Shown here piece after piece: positions 51,816-61,835 of a stretch of DNA of 64,000 nucleotides. The number at the start of each line of letters is the position of its first letter. The stretch's first letter is position 1. The stretch is from an uncultured Ruficoccus sp. (GTDB taxonomy: Bacteria > Verrucomicrobiota > Verrucomicrobiia > Opitutales > Cerasicoccaceae). Below the pieces are notes generated by a model. It ran no database searches and was not told the DNA's origin. It saw only the letters and a program-made list of their open reading frames with translations. Both the position numbers and the translations under genes were made by a program. The DNA lies in assembly GCA_965140785.1 (NCBI GenBank), contig OZ223519.1, positions 160,001 to 224,000 on the forward strand, written 5' to 3'.

Positions 51816-53684
51816 TCACTTCTCCGTCGGCACGACGATGCCGCGAAGGATGATCTTTTGCGCGAAGATAAAGACCAGCAGTGGCGGGATCGCGGCCAGC
51901 AGGACCGAGGCGTAAACCCCGCCGCTGGAGACCGTCTCGCGGTACTGGTACATCCACACCGGCAGCAACCACATGTCCTGCTCCGGTGCCACGATGATCG
52001 CGAACAGAAACAGCGTGTAGGCGGCGTTGAACGCACTCAGCGCCACCACGGCCAGGATGGGCTTGCTCAGCGCCATCGTGAGGGTGAAAAACATCCGAGC
52101 CTCCGAGGCGCCCTCGATCTGAGCGGCCTCGTAGAGTTCGCGCGGCAGCGAGTCGAAGAAGCCCTTGAGCAAAAAGATGAGGTAGCCATTGGCCACGGTC
52201 GGCAGCAGCAGCCCGGCGAAGGTGTTCATCAGGCTGAGCTTTTGCAGCATGAGAAAGACCGGGATCGTTGTGACCATCGGCGGGAAGGCCATCACCGCCA
52301 TCATCAGGAGCAGCACCTTGTAGCTGCCCGGCAGTTGAAAGCGCGAGAGCGCATAGGCGGCCAGCGGGTTGATCAATACGGCGACCAGCACCGAGAGTGC
52401 GCAGAAGATGACCGTGTTCCACAACACGCGCCCCTCCAGTGCGATGGCATCGATTACGTTGACGAAGTTGCGCGTGGCGAACTGCCAGCGTAGCGCCCCG
52501 GCGTGTTCGTGGGCGTACAGGGCCTCCAGGTCGGCCAGCGGAAGCCAGCTGTATCCAAAATCCGGATACGATTCGCCATACGCCAGCGAAAGACTCTCGG
52601 GCGTACCGTACTTGTCATTGAGCCAGTCGGCCCAGGCGTACTCCGGGCCGGTCAGCGTCCAGCGCTCCGGCCCCACCGTGCGCAGGAACTCCCCGTAGTC
52701 GAGTCGCTCCGCGCCCGATAGGTACTCGCCTGCAGGCAGTGTTATCTCAATAAAATCACCGTAGCCCGTATCGCCCCACTCCTGGTTGAGCTTTCCAATC
52801 TCGCCGTCGTAGCGCTCGGAGAGGAAGCGCTGATACTCCGCCGCGTCCACGCCCTCCAGTGAAACGAAGGATGGGTTCAGCTCCTCCCCGACGAATGCCA
52901 CCCAGGCCGCCCGAAAGTCCGCCTGTTCCACCGGTGGCACACGCCGGGGCAGACGGAACTCGTGCCAGTCTTTCAGGTTCAGCCCGAGCGCGGTGTTGGT
53001 CTTTTCGAGTGTACCGAATTCCGGATACGCGACCTGCGTGAGGAACGCGCCCGAGAGCGAGACCAGGCGGCGTTCGCCCGGCGGCGACTCGCGCAGGAGC
53101 CGGGCGTATTCCTGGTTGAGCGCGTTATCGGGGAAGTCGTAGCGGTTCGAGAGCCACTCGGGAAAGGGCAGGGAGACCTGCGTCCAACTCGTGATGGCCG
53201 CTCCCGTCTCGCGGGCGAACGCCTCCACCTCGCCGTCGAAGCGTGTCTGTACACGCTGGCGCAGTGTGCGCAGGTTGAGCGGGATGGTCAGCATGCCCGA
53301 GGTTCCGGCCAGCCCCTGCCAATGCAGCGGTAAATCGCTTGTCTCGATGAACTCCCGCAGGTCGCGGGCGGCGGTCGCGTTGAGCGACGGCAGCCCGGCC
53401 TGCGCAAAGGCGTAGGCGTGGCTCAGGTGCGCGGCGTTGAGCTCGCCGATGCGCTGCTCGTATTTGTATTCGAGAAATTTCCGCGTGAGCGCATCTTCAC
53501 TGACGAAGTAGCCGGGCACCAGCCCCAGTTCGTTTTCGTCTATCTCACTGCGAAACGACCCCGACACGAGCAGCAGCAGCGGGTAGAGCATCGTCACCGC
53601 CCCCAATGTGAGCAGCACGAAGGTCGCCGCATGGAAAATGCGCCCGGCGGCGGACTTGGATTCGACTGGCGTAAAGATCGGCAT
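51816..53684 (-). CDS. Carbohydrate ABC permease (MalG-like) with large extracytoplasmic repeat insertion
   Basis: AAYALSRF, EAA loop LPRELYEAAQIEGAS; 622 aa, about twice the usual length. Confidence 0.88.
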   Translation of the reverse strand: MPIFTPVESKSAAGRIFHAATFVLLTLGAVTMLYPLLLLVSGSFRSEIDENELGLVPGYFVSEDALTRKFLEYKYEQRIGELNAAHLSHAYAFAQAGLPSLNATAARDLREFIETSDLPLHWQGLAGTSGMLTIPLNLRTLRQRVQTRFDGEVEAFARETGAAITSWTQVSLPFPEWLSNRYDFPDNALNQEYARLLRESPPGERRLVSLSGAFLTQVAYPEFGTLEKTNTALGLNLKDWHEFRLPRRVPPVEQADFRAAWVAFVGEELNPSFVSLEGVDAAEYQRFLSERYDGEIGKLNQEWGDTGYGDFIEITLPAGEYLSGAERLDYGEFLRTVGPERWTLTGPEYAWADWLNDKYGTPESLSLAYGESYPDFGYSWLPLADLEALYAHEHAGALRWQFATRNFVNVIDAIALEGRVLWNTVIFCALSVLVAVLINPLAAYALSRFQLPGSYKVLLLMMAVMAFPPMVTTIPVFLMLQKLSLMNTFAGLLLPTVANGYLIFLLKGFFDSLPRELYEAAQIEGASEARMFFTLTMALSKPILAVVALSAFNAAYTLFLFAIIVAPEQDMWLLPVWMYQYRETVSSGGVYASVLLAAIPPLLVFIFAQKIILRGIVVPTEK

Positions 53685-53688
53685 GGCG

Positions 53689-56505
53689 TCAGTTCCCCGT
53701 GCCCCCGGATTTGAATTCCGCGCGGGCCAGCAGGCGCATCTGGTAGGCCGTGAACCCGATCAGGATGCCGCCCATGATCCACGCCATGGCCGTGCCCACT
53801 CCATAGTCCAGGTCCATGAACGTGCGGTAAAAGATGGCCAGCGAGAGCGTGCGCGTGGCTTCGTTGGGACCGCCGCCGGTCATGACCAGGATCTGGTCGG
53901 CCCCGCCCTTGAAGGCTGCCACCAGCGCGGCGATCAGGTTGATCACGATGAGAAACTTCATCCGCGGCAGGGTGATGTAACAGACCTTGTGCCAGAAGTC
54001 CGCCCCGTCGATGGCGGCGGCTTCGTACAACTCGTCCGGGATGCTTTTCAGCCCGGCCAGGTAAATGATGCAGCCCGGTCCGCTCGCTGCCCAGACCGAA
54101 GGGATGATGATGCAGAGCATGGCCATGTCCGGGTCCTGCAGCCAGCGCTGCGGCTCGATCTGGAAACGCCCGGCCAGGCTGCCCAGCACCGCTGCCGCCT
54201 CTCCCCATCCGCCCGCTTGCGCCGCTTGCACGAGCGGGGCCAGCGTCAGCACCGCGAAGCCCAGCCCGACGGCCCACAGGCACAGCTTCAGACCGAGGGG
54301 CATTTCGCTCAGCTTGAAGGGCAGGCCCAGCAGCAGCGCGAGCAGCCCCAGCCAGCAGGCCAGCAGCAGGCCCTTAATCAGCGTGGCCGGGACGGAGCCG
54401 AGCTGGTTGAGCGAAAGCAGGAGCTGGTTGAGCGTACCCGAGGGTGCCGGGTCGTACATCTGCAACCACAGGAACATGACCACGATCCCGACCAGCACCG
54501 AGGGCAGGTAAAAGACCGTGCGGAAAAAGTACTTCGCGAAAGTCGTCGGCACCTCCTGCAGCAGGATGGCCAGCAGGATGGGGGGCCAGAAGCCCAGCCC
54601 GATCATCAGCGCGACGAAGTAAAACTCCCGCCATAGCGCGTCCCAGAAGCGTGGGTCGTAGAGGATGGTGGCGAAGTTGTCCACGCCCACCCAGCGGCTG
54701 GGCAGTACCAGCTCGTAGTCCATGAATGTCAGGGTGGCCCCGCCCAGAATGAGCGGCAGGTACTGCCACAGCAGAATGAGCACAAAGGCCGGGAGCAGCA
54801 GCGCCCAGCCACGCAGCAGGTTACGCCGGTGGCTCTGGCGGCTCAGATCGAGCGACGGACCGGTTTGGCCAAAGCTCCGCCACACCGCCCCGATGCCAAA
54901 GGCGAAGGCCGCGCCCAGCACCGCGAGCACGCCCCCGGCCACGAACCGCCGTTCGCGCATTTCCTCCGGGGGAATTTGCCCGAGAGCGCGGGCGTTGACG
55001 TCGGCTTCGGCGGCTTGGAGCAGGGCTAAAATATTGGCCCGCGCTTCCTCCGGGGACATATTTTGGTAATCGCGTTCAAGTGCCTGGTTGATCGGCTGTG
55101 AGAGCATGCGATAGATGAACTGCGTGCCGCGCCCGTAGGGCTCCGGGACGCCCCCCTCGAGCGCTTCGCGGTAGGTGGCCTTCCAGCCGGGCGGCACACG
55201 GGCCAGCAGCCGTTCGTAGCCGAATTTCTCCAGGAGGTCGGGATTGACGAAGGCCCCGTAGCCACGATCGACAAAGATCTGCGTGCGCAACTGCCGGGCC
55301 TCGTCGCCGGTGACAAACCACAGGTAGCGCATGGCGGCGAGCTGCTGGGCCGGGCTGCTCTCACTGAAGACCCCGAGCATGCGGGCGTTGAGCAGGCTGC
55401 CGCGCTGGCCGTCCGGCCCGGCGGGCAGGGGAGCGATGCCGACCAGTTGCGGGTTGATCGCGGCCAGCATTTGGTCATCGAGCGAGCCGAAGCTCATACT
55501 GACCTGCCCGCGTTTCCAGAGGTTGCTAAAGTCTGGCCGCAGGACCGCTGCCCCTTGGAGGGTCACACCGTCGCGGGTGTAGGGCTCGCGCAGCAGCCGC
55601 CAGAAGTACAGCACCCCCTCGGCCGCGCCGGGCGTGGCGAAGGTGGCCCGCCACTGACCGCTCTTATCCGGTTCCATGGCGCGGGTGCCGTCATTGACCA
55701 GAAACTGGTAGGCCTGGTAGCTGATGCCGTCGCCGGGGCTGAAGGCGAGCGCGTAGCGACGGCGGGCGGGATCGTGCAGTTGCCGGGCGTAGGCCAGGAG
55801 TTCTTCCCAGGTCTGCGGCGGGCGGTTGGGATCGAGCCCGGCGGCCTGAAAGTGGTCCTTGCGGTAAAAGAGCGCCCGCACCAGCGTCGAGGTCGGCAGC
55901 GTCCAGACGTGCTTGCCGCTGAAGCGTCCGCTCAGGTCCTCGCGGTAAACGACCGGCCAGGCCCGCTCGGGCACGCGCTGGCGGATCAGCTCCAGGGCGG
56001 CGGCAGTTGCCTCGGCACTCGGGTCGGCTCGCCAGCGGCCTTGGGCATCGGTTTGGCGGACGGCGGGGTCGTCGCTCAAGACCCGGGCCAGGAGCGTTTC
56101 CAGCGGCAGGAGAAAGCCGTGCTCATTGTAAGTGGCCGACTGGCGGAAGTTGACGTAGATGGCGTTCGCGCCCATTCCGGCGGCGATAGCCATGAGCGAG
56201 CCCGAGTCGCGCGCGTCGTCGATCCCGATCGCGGGCATGGCAAAGGATTGGATACGCACGTCCGGATTTTTATCCAGAAAGGCGCGGACGACTTCCCGCT
56301 TGGCCAGCGCGTCGATGGTGACCTCGCCGGGCTGGGGCAGGTTTTCCACCACGATCGTGACGGGGGGCGCGGGTTCGTCCGATGCGGGAGCAGGACCGCT
56401 CGCCCCCACCGCCGTCAGACCGGCCAAAGCCCCGGTCAAACCAGCCGCCAGCCCACGCAGCCGTCGAAAAAGCGGAAGCCGGTGAGAGGTGCGAAGGGCG
56501 GGCAT
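53689..56505 (-). CDS. Fused extracellular solute-binding protein plus MalF-like permease
   Basis: SBP motif LFYRKDHFQAAGLDPNRPPQTWEEL; permease motifs WVGVDNF, FRTVFYLP, LKSIPDELYEAAAIDGA. Confidence 0.88.
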   Translation of the reverse strand: MPALRTSHRLPLFRRLRGLAAGLTGALAGLTAVGASGPAPASDEPAPPVTIVVENLPQPGEVTIDALAKREVVRAFLDKNPDVRIQSFAMPAIGIDDARDSGSLMAIAAGMGANAIYVNFRQSATYNEHGFLLPLETLLARVLSDDPAVRQTDAQGRWRADPSAEATAAALELIRQRVPERAWPVVYREDLSGRFSGKHVWTLPTSTLVRALFYRKDHFQAAGLDPNRPPQTWEELLAYARQLHDPARRRYALAFSPGDGISYQAYQFLVNDGTRAMEPDKSGQWRATFATPGAAEGVLYFWRLLREPYTRDGVTLQGAAVLRPDFSNLWKRGQVSMSFGSLDDQMLAAINPQLVGIAPLPAGPDGQRGSLLNARMLGVFSESSPAQQLAAMRYLWFVTGDEARQLRTQIFVDRGYGAFVNPDLLEKFGYERLLARVPPGWKATYREALEGGVPEPYGRGTQFIYRMLSQPINQALERDYQNMSPEEARANILALLQAAEADVNARALGQIPPEEMRERRFVAGGVLAVLGAAFAFGIGAVWRSFGQTGPSLDLSRQSHRRNLLRGWALLLPAFVLILLWQYLPLILGGATLTFMDYELVLPSRWVGVDNFATILYDPRFWDALWREFYFVALMIGLGFWPPILLAILLQEVPTTFAKYFFRTVFYLPSVLVGIVVMFLWLQMYDPAPSGTLNQLLLSLNQLGSVPATLIKGLLLACWLGLLALLLGLPFKLSEMPLGLKLCLWAVGLGFAVLTLAPLVQAAQAGGWGEAAAVLGSLAGRFQIEPQRWLQDPDMAMLCIIIPSVWAASGPGCIIYLAGLKSIPDELYEAAAIDGADFWHKVCYITLPRMKFLIVINLIAALVAAFKGGADQILVMTGGGPNEATRTLSLAIFYRTFMDLDYGVGTAMAWIMGGILIGFTAYQMRLLARAEFKSGGTGN

Positions 56506-56703
56506 GAAGGGGAGTTTGGAATATCCGGGCGGGCGGGTAAATCTTGTTATTGCGTCAGCCTCGTGCTTCACCCGGGAATCCGCGGGAACCGCGCAGATTT
56601 AAACCTGTCGTAAGGGATGCTTATTCTTTGTTCTTTGTCTATGAAGGTTGTTGATGGATTGGGCGGCCGAGGGTAGACTCAAGAGGTACTGGAGGTTGAA
56701 GTT

Positions 56704-58125
56704 ATGAATATTGCCACTGAAGTGATTGAGCGGAGCAAGCGCAACTGGTCGCGCCTGCCGAAGGTGCTGGGCCTCTCCCGGCGGGGAGCCACCGGCGAGG
56801 GTAAAAACGGATTGAGCGCGTCCGAGGTCAAGCCGCTGCGCGAGCACATCGAGGCCTGCATCGCTCAGCGTGGCGGCCAGGTTTCCGCCTCGCAGCAGGC
56901 CGCCCGGCTCGCTGCACACTACGGCCAATGGAACGCGGCGGAGAAGTACCGCTTTCTCGAGCTGCTGCTGGACGATTTCGACATCGACGAGGCACAGGTG
57001 CGCGAGGCCATGCAGGCTGCCGGGAATGTCACCGGTGAGGAGCTGCGCAACGCCTGCCCAGCCCTGCGCAAGGCGCTGGTGCCGGCGCGGGCCGAGCTGC
57101 TGCGGCAGTGGACGCTGCTCCCGGCGGGGGTGAAGTTTCTGGTCGATCTGCGCCGTGACGTCTTCGGACTGATGAAGGACGAGCCGCGCTTCAAGCCGCT
57201 GAGCACCGACATCAAGGAACTGCTCGCCTCGCTCTTCAACGTCGGCATCCTCCAGCTCCAATCCATCAACTGGAAGTCCCCGGCCTCCCTGCTGGAAAAA
57301 CTCATCGCCTACGAGGCCGTGCACGAAATCCAGAGTTGGGAGGACTTGAAGAACCGCCTCGACGTGGACCGCCGCTGCTTCGCCTTCTTCCACCCGAACA
57401 TGCCGGAGGAGCCGCTCATCTTTATCGAGGTGGCCCTGTGCAAGGGCGTGGCGGACAATGTCCAGAAACTGCTGGATACCTCCCTGCCCGCGCTTCAGCC
57501 CCAGGGGGCCGACACCGCCGTTTTCTTTTCCATTTCCAACACGCAGAAGGGACTGGCCGGGATTCCCTTCGGCGGCTTCCTCATCAAGCAGGTGGTGGAC
57601 CGCCTCCAGCACGACGTGCCCAGCGTCAAGACCTTCATCACGCTCTCACCCATCCCGGGCTTCCGCAAGTGGGTGGAAGGCGAGGGCGGCTTGTCCGTCC
57701 TGAAGGGACTCGACACGAAAAAGCTCAAGGCCGCCGCACCGGGGCTGGCCGCGCCGGAGAATTTCGCCGAGTATCTGGCCGGGCTCGACTGGGAGCATCC
57801 TGAGTCGATCAGCGAGGAGTTCCGCCTGCTGCTGCGCGGGCTGTGTGCACGCTACCTGACCCAGGCCAAGCGCGGGAACGGACCGACTGCCCTGGACCCG
57901 GTGGCGCACTTCCACCTCAACAACGGCGCCCGCATCGAACAGATCAATTGGGGGGCTAACCTCACCGCCCGCGGCCTGCGCGAATCCTGCGGGCTGATGG
58001 TCAACTACCGCTACAAGCTCGAACGCATTGAGAAGCATCACGAGGACTATCTGCACAAGGGCCGGGTCCACACCTCTTCGATGGTCAAGAGCCTGCGCGC
58101 CAAAGCCGCCGAGGCCAAAGGCTGA
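56704..58125 (+). CDS. Malonyl-CoA decarboxylase
   Basis: LEKLIAYEAVHEI.SW.DLK.RL..DRRCFAFFHP, EPLIFIEVAL, TLSPIPGF, DPVAHFHL.NGA, GLMVNY. Confidence 0.93.
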   Translation: MNIATEVIERSKRNWSRLPKVLGLSRRGATGEGKNGLSASEVKPLREHIEACIAQRGGQVSASQQAARLAAHYGQWNAAEKYRFLELLLDDFDIDEAQVREAMQAAGNVTGEELRNACPALRKALVPARAELLRQWTLLPAGVKFLVDLRRDVFGLMKDEPRFKPLSTDIKELLASLFNVGILQLQSINWKSPASLLEKLIAYEAVHEIQSWEDLKNRLDVDRRCFAFFHPNMPEEPLIFIEVALCKGVADNVQKLLDTSLPALQPQGADTAVFFSISNTQKGLAGIPFGGFLIKQVVDRLQHDVPSVKTFITLSPIPGFRKWVEGEGGLSVLKGLDTKKLKAAAPGLAAPENFAEYLAGLDWEHPESISEEFRLLLRGLCARYLTQAKRGNGPTALDPVAHFHLNNGARIEQINWGANLTARGLRESCGLMVNYRYKLERIEKHHEDYLHKGRVHTSSMVKSLRAKAAEAKG

Positions 58126-58260
58126 CGCTTGAAGGGGCTGGCCGGGCTCCGAAGGCCTGTGTTGTATTTGCCCGGCATGACAGTATTTTTAGATTAAAAT
58201 AGATCTTATAAATGATTAATTGATTTTTTTTATTGTGACGATCATGCCTTTTTAAGGAGA

Positions 58261-58274
58261 AACGTTGCAACGTT
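58261..58274. promoter_or_regulatory. 14-bp palindrome, candidate operator upstream of the glycosyltransferase
   Basis: AACGTTGCAACGTT at the end of an AT-rich spacer. Confidence 0.4.
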
Positions 58275-58300
58275 AAGGCAACTGGCTATGCTGGTAGAGC

Positions 58301-59653
58301 ATGGCAGATGAAGTTTACCTTAAGCCACCAACCGTAAAACGCGCCAGACGCGCTCAAAAGCGTTCGCGTATCGCCATGGTGTCCACCCATGGGTATGTGG
58401 CCGCCGAACCGCCGCTGGGCTTGCCCGACACCGGCGGTCAGGTCGTGTATGTGCTGGAGCTGGCAAAGAAGCTCGCTCAGCTCGGCTACGAGGTCGATAT
58501 CTGGACGCGCCGCTTCGAGGACCAGCGCGAAGTCGAAAAGGTGGACGACCATGTGCGCATCCTGCGCATGTGCTGCGGCGGCAAGGAGTTCATCCCGAAG
58601 GAATACCTTTACAAGAAGCTGCCGGAGTGGACCGAGAACGCGCTGCGCTACATCCAGAAGAAGAACTACAAGTACGAGTTTATCAATTCCCACTACTGGG
58701 ACGCCGGGCTCGCCGGGCAGCACATGGCCGAGGAGCTGAATGTGCCGCACATCCACACGCCGCACTCGATCGGTACCTGGAAGCAGCGCCTGATGCGCGA
58801 GGACTCCACGGACGATGACGCGCGGCTGGAGGAGGTTTATAACTTTTCACGCCGCATCCATCACGAGTCCACGCTCTACCGCGAGTGCGACATGGTGGTG
58901 GCGACCTCGCCCATCCAGCTCGATATGTTCAAGGCCGACTACGGCCTGCCCGCCGACAAGGTGAAGATGATCCCCCCCGGCTACGACGACAACCGCTTCT
59001 TCCCCGTGAGCGAGGCCAGCCGCATCTCCATTCGCGAGTCCCTCCAGTACGACCCGGACGTCAAAGTCGTCGCCTCCATCGGTCGCCTGGCCCGCAACAA
59101 AGGCTTCGACCTGCTGGTGGACGCCTTCGCGGTGGTCGCTAAACACACGGACAATGTCGTCCTGCGCCTGGCCGTGGGAACCGAGACCGAGCAGACGATG
59201 GAGGACCCGATGCTCAAGGAATTGATCGACAAGATCAAGGGGCATGGTATCCAGGAGCGCGTCATCCTCAGCGGCTCACTCGAGGACCCGGATATGCCCG
59301 ACTTTTACCGGGCCGCCGATGTGTTCTGCCTGCCCAGCCGCTACGAGCCCTTTGGCATGACCGCGATTGAAGCCATGGCCTGCGGCACGCCTACCGTTGT
59401 GACAACCCACGGCGGGCTTTTCCGTACGCTGACTTATGGAATCGACGCGCTCTACGCTGACAGTTTCGACGCCGGGGATTTTGGTTATACGATTCTCAAG
59501 GCGCTGCGCCATCCGGCCATCCACAACCGTCTGGCCTCTAGCGGTGCGCACAAGGTGCGGAGCCTGTTCACCTGGACGGGGATCGCGCAGCAGTTGCTGA
59601 AAATCGTCGAGGGCCGGCACATCCCGCGCCTGGAAGTTACTGAAGCGGGTTGA
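58301..59653 (+). CDS. mfpsA: GT4 mannosylfructose-phosphate/sucrose-phosphate synthase-like glycosyltransferase (MfpsA-like)
   Basis: STHGYVAA.PPLG..DTGGQVVYVLELA, FIPKEYL, SHYWDAG, HTPHS, EPFGMTAIEAMACG. Confidence 0.8.
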   Translation: MADEVYLKPPTVKRARRAQKRSRIAMVSTHGYVAAEPPLGLPDTGGQVVYVLELAKKLAQLGYEVDIWTRRFEDQREVEKVDDHVRILRMCCGGKEFIPKEYLYKKLPEWTENALRYIQKKNYKYEFINSHYWDAGLAGQHMAEELNVPHIHTPHSIGTWKQRLMREDSTDDDARLEEVYNFSRRIHHESTLYRECDMVVATSPIQLDMFKADYGLPADKVKMIPPGYDDNRFFPVSEASRISIRESLQYDPDVKVVASIGRLARNKGFDLLVDAFAVVAKHTDNVVLRLAVGTETEQTMEDPMLKELIDKIKGHGIQERVILSGSLEDPDMPDFYRAADVFCLPSRYEPFGMTAIEAMACGTPTVVTTHGGLFRTLTYGIDALYADSFDAGDFGYTILKALRHPAIHNRLASSGAHKVRSLFTWTGIAQQLLKIVEGRHIPRLEVTEAG

Positions 59654-59743
59654 TCCTCGCCCGATCTTGTCCATAGTTGCGCGTGACCGGTGCGGATGCG
59701 GTCTTGCGTCAGCCGGTTTACGTCACATTCGTTACATCGATTC

Positions 59744-61828
59744 ATGGCTGCACAAAACGATAAGCAAACACCGCCGTTCCGGGTTTTCTGTTCGGATATT
59801 GACGGCACGTTGCTGGGCAAGGCGGACGCCGCGCTCGCCTTCGCTCACACTTGGGAGTCGATCCCGAAAAAGAAGCGCCCCCTGCTGGTGTATAATACCG
59901 GGCGCCTGCTCGACGATGTGCAGCGGCTGATCAAGAAGAAGCGCCTGCCGATTCCGGACTACTGCATCTGCGGCGTGGGCACGGTGATCTACGACTTCAA
60001 GAAGACCGAGTGCATCAAGGCCTTCTCGGTCGTGCTGGAGGAGGGCTGGGACCTGGGCCGGGTGGAGGAAATCGTGCGCGAGTGTATGCCCGCTGCCGGC
60101 CGCCAGCCTGAGCGTTTTCAGACGCCTTTCAAGTCCAGTTGGTACGCCAGTTGTGAAGACAAGGAGCTGGACCACCTCGAGGAGCGCCTCAACGAGGACG
60201 GGCTCTCGACCAACGTCGTGTACTCCAGTGGGCGCGATCTGGACGTGCTGCCCAAGTTCGCGGACAAGGGCAACGCCCTGTCCTGGCTGCTCAAGTTTCT
60301 CAAGATTCCGCGTGAGAAGTGCCTCGTCGCCGGGGACACCGGCAACGACAACGCCATGTTCCTCAAGCGCGGCGTGCGCGGGATCGTCGTCAGCAACGCC
60401 CAGCCGGAGCTGCTGGAGCGCATGCTGGGCCGCGACGAAATCTACCGTGCCGAGGGGTCCTGTGGCGACGGTGTGCTCGAGGGCCTGATCCACTACGGCG
60501 TGATCGACAAGATCGTCGAGGGCGAGCCGGAGGAAGCGCTCAGCCACGTTCCCGAGATTCAGCACTTGATCGAGGAGGAGCACACCAGCCCCCTGAGTGA
60601 GCGCGACATGGACTTTATCCGCGAGGGTTACGAGCGCGCTATCGACGGGATCCGCCGCAACATCACGCCGAAGGGCTTCTCGGCCTGTTCGCTGGAGGAC
60701 AACAACACCCGCGGCACGGATGCCAACTATCGCAGTGTCTGGGCGCGCGACGGCGCGGTCACCATCGTCGGGACGATTGAGCTGGACGACCCGGACATCC
60801 GCGCCTGCCAGCGGGCCACGCTCGAAACGCTCATTGCCTGCATGACGCCGACCGGCCAGATCCCGGCCAATGTCAGTCTCGACACGGGCGAGCCGGATTA
60901 CTCCGGGGTGGGGGGCATCTGCTCCATCGACAGCGGCCTGTGGGTGATCATTGCTTTTGCCGAGTACATCCGGGCGACGCAGGACTTTGACTTTCTGCGC
61001 AGCCACATCGGCGCGCTGCAAAAGGCGATGGACTGGCTCAGTGCCCACGACAGCAACAACGACGCCCTCCTGGAAATTCCCGAGGCCGGGGACTGGACGG
61101 ACCTCTTTGGCCGCAGCTACCATGTGCTCATCGACGAGGTGCTGTGGTTCCGCTCCAATATCGCCTTCGGGCGGCTGATGGAGTACCTGGGCGAGTGGAA
61201 ACGGGCCGGGGACTACCTGCGCTGGGCCGGCTCGATCAAGAAGAAGATTTTTCGCGAATTCTGGCCCTCGGTCAAATCCGCGGGCGACCTCAACTACACT
61301 TTCGCCGACTCGCAGGCCTCGATGGGCGATACCAGCTACCTGCTGGCGCAGATCACGCCCTTCGACCATGACTGGCGCTGCGACATCTACGGCAACGCAC
61401 TGGCGTTTCTGTTCAACGTGATCGACCATGAGCACGCGCAGATCGCCTTCCGCTTCATGTGGGGCTCGGGTGTGAACGAACCCTTCCCGGTGAAAAACCT
61501 CTACCCGCCGGTCGAGTCGGGCGACCCGAACTGGAAGCGCTACTACACGGTCAACCTGCTCAACTTGCCCCAGCACTACCATAACGGCGGCATCTGGCCG
61601 CTGGTCGGTGGCGTCTGGGTACGCTTCCTCAACCGCCTCGGCCTGCGCGAGCTGGCCTGTGAGCAGTTGGTCAAGCTGGCCGAGTTGAACCACGCGGGCG
61701 CCTTTTACGAGTGGGAGTTCAACGAGTGGGCGCACGGCACCACGGGCAAGCCGATGGGCAAGGCCTTCCAGGCCTGGTCGTGCAGCGAGTACATCGCCGC
61801 CTGCCACGAGATAGGCCTCTTCGATTGA
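59744..61828 (+). CDS. HAD-IIB sugar-phosphate phosphatase fused to a GH100 (alkaline/neutral invertase)-like hydrolase
   Basis: N-terminal SDIDGTL, YNTGR, LDVLP..ADKGNAL, AGDTGND; C-terminal WARD, DSGLWVII, YHNGGIWP, EW..G.TG...Q.WS. Confidence 0.82.
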   Translation: MAAQNDKQTPPFRVFCSDIDGTLLGKADAALAFAHTWESIPKKKRPLLVYNTGRLLDDVQRLIKKKRLPIPDYCICGVGTVIYDFKKTECIKAFSVVLEEGWDLGRVEEIVRECMPAAGRQPERFQTPFKSSWYASCEDKELDHLEERLNEDGLSTNVVYSSGRDLDVLPKFADKGNALSWLLKFLKIPREKCLVAGDTGNDNAMFLKRGVRGIVVSNAQPELLERMLGRDEIYRAEGSCGDGVLEGLIHYGVIDKIVEGEPEEALSHVPEIQHLIEEEHTSPLSERDMDFIREGYERAIDGIRRNITPKGFSACSLEDNNTRGTDANYRSVWARDGAVTIVGTIELDDPDIRACQRATLETLIACMTPTGQIPANVSLDTGEPDYSGVGGICSIDSGLWVIIAFAEYIRATQDFDFLRSHIGALQKAMDWLSAHDSNNDALLEIPEAGDWTDLFGRSYHVLIDEVLWFRSNIAFGRLMEYLGEWKRAGDYLRWAGSIKKKIFREFWPSVKSAGDLNYTFADSQASMGDTSYLLAQITPFDHDWRCDIYGNALAFLFNVIDHEHAQIAFRFMWGSGVNEPFPVKNLYPPVESGDPNWKRYYTVNLLNLPQHYHNGGIWPLVGGVWVRFLNRLGLRELACEQLVKLAELNHAGAFYEWEFNEWAHGTTGKPMGKAFQAWSCSEYIAACHEIGLFD

Positions 61829-61835
61829 GCCGGGC

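Noticed and set aside
56704..58125. Malonate utilisation cluster
   Set aside because: The decarboxylase stands alone; no matB/matC or transporter is adjacent
59732..61807. 691-aa - strand ORF
   Set aside because: Shadow of the HAD-GH100 gene
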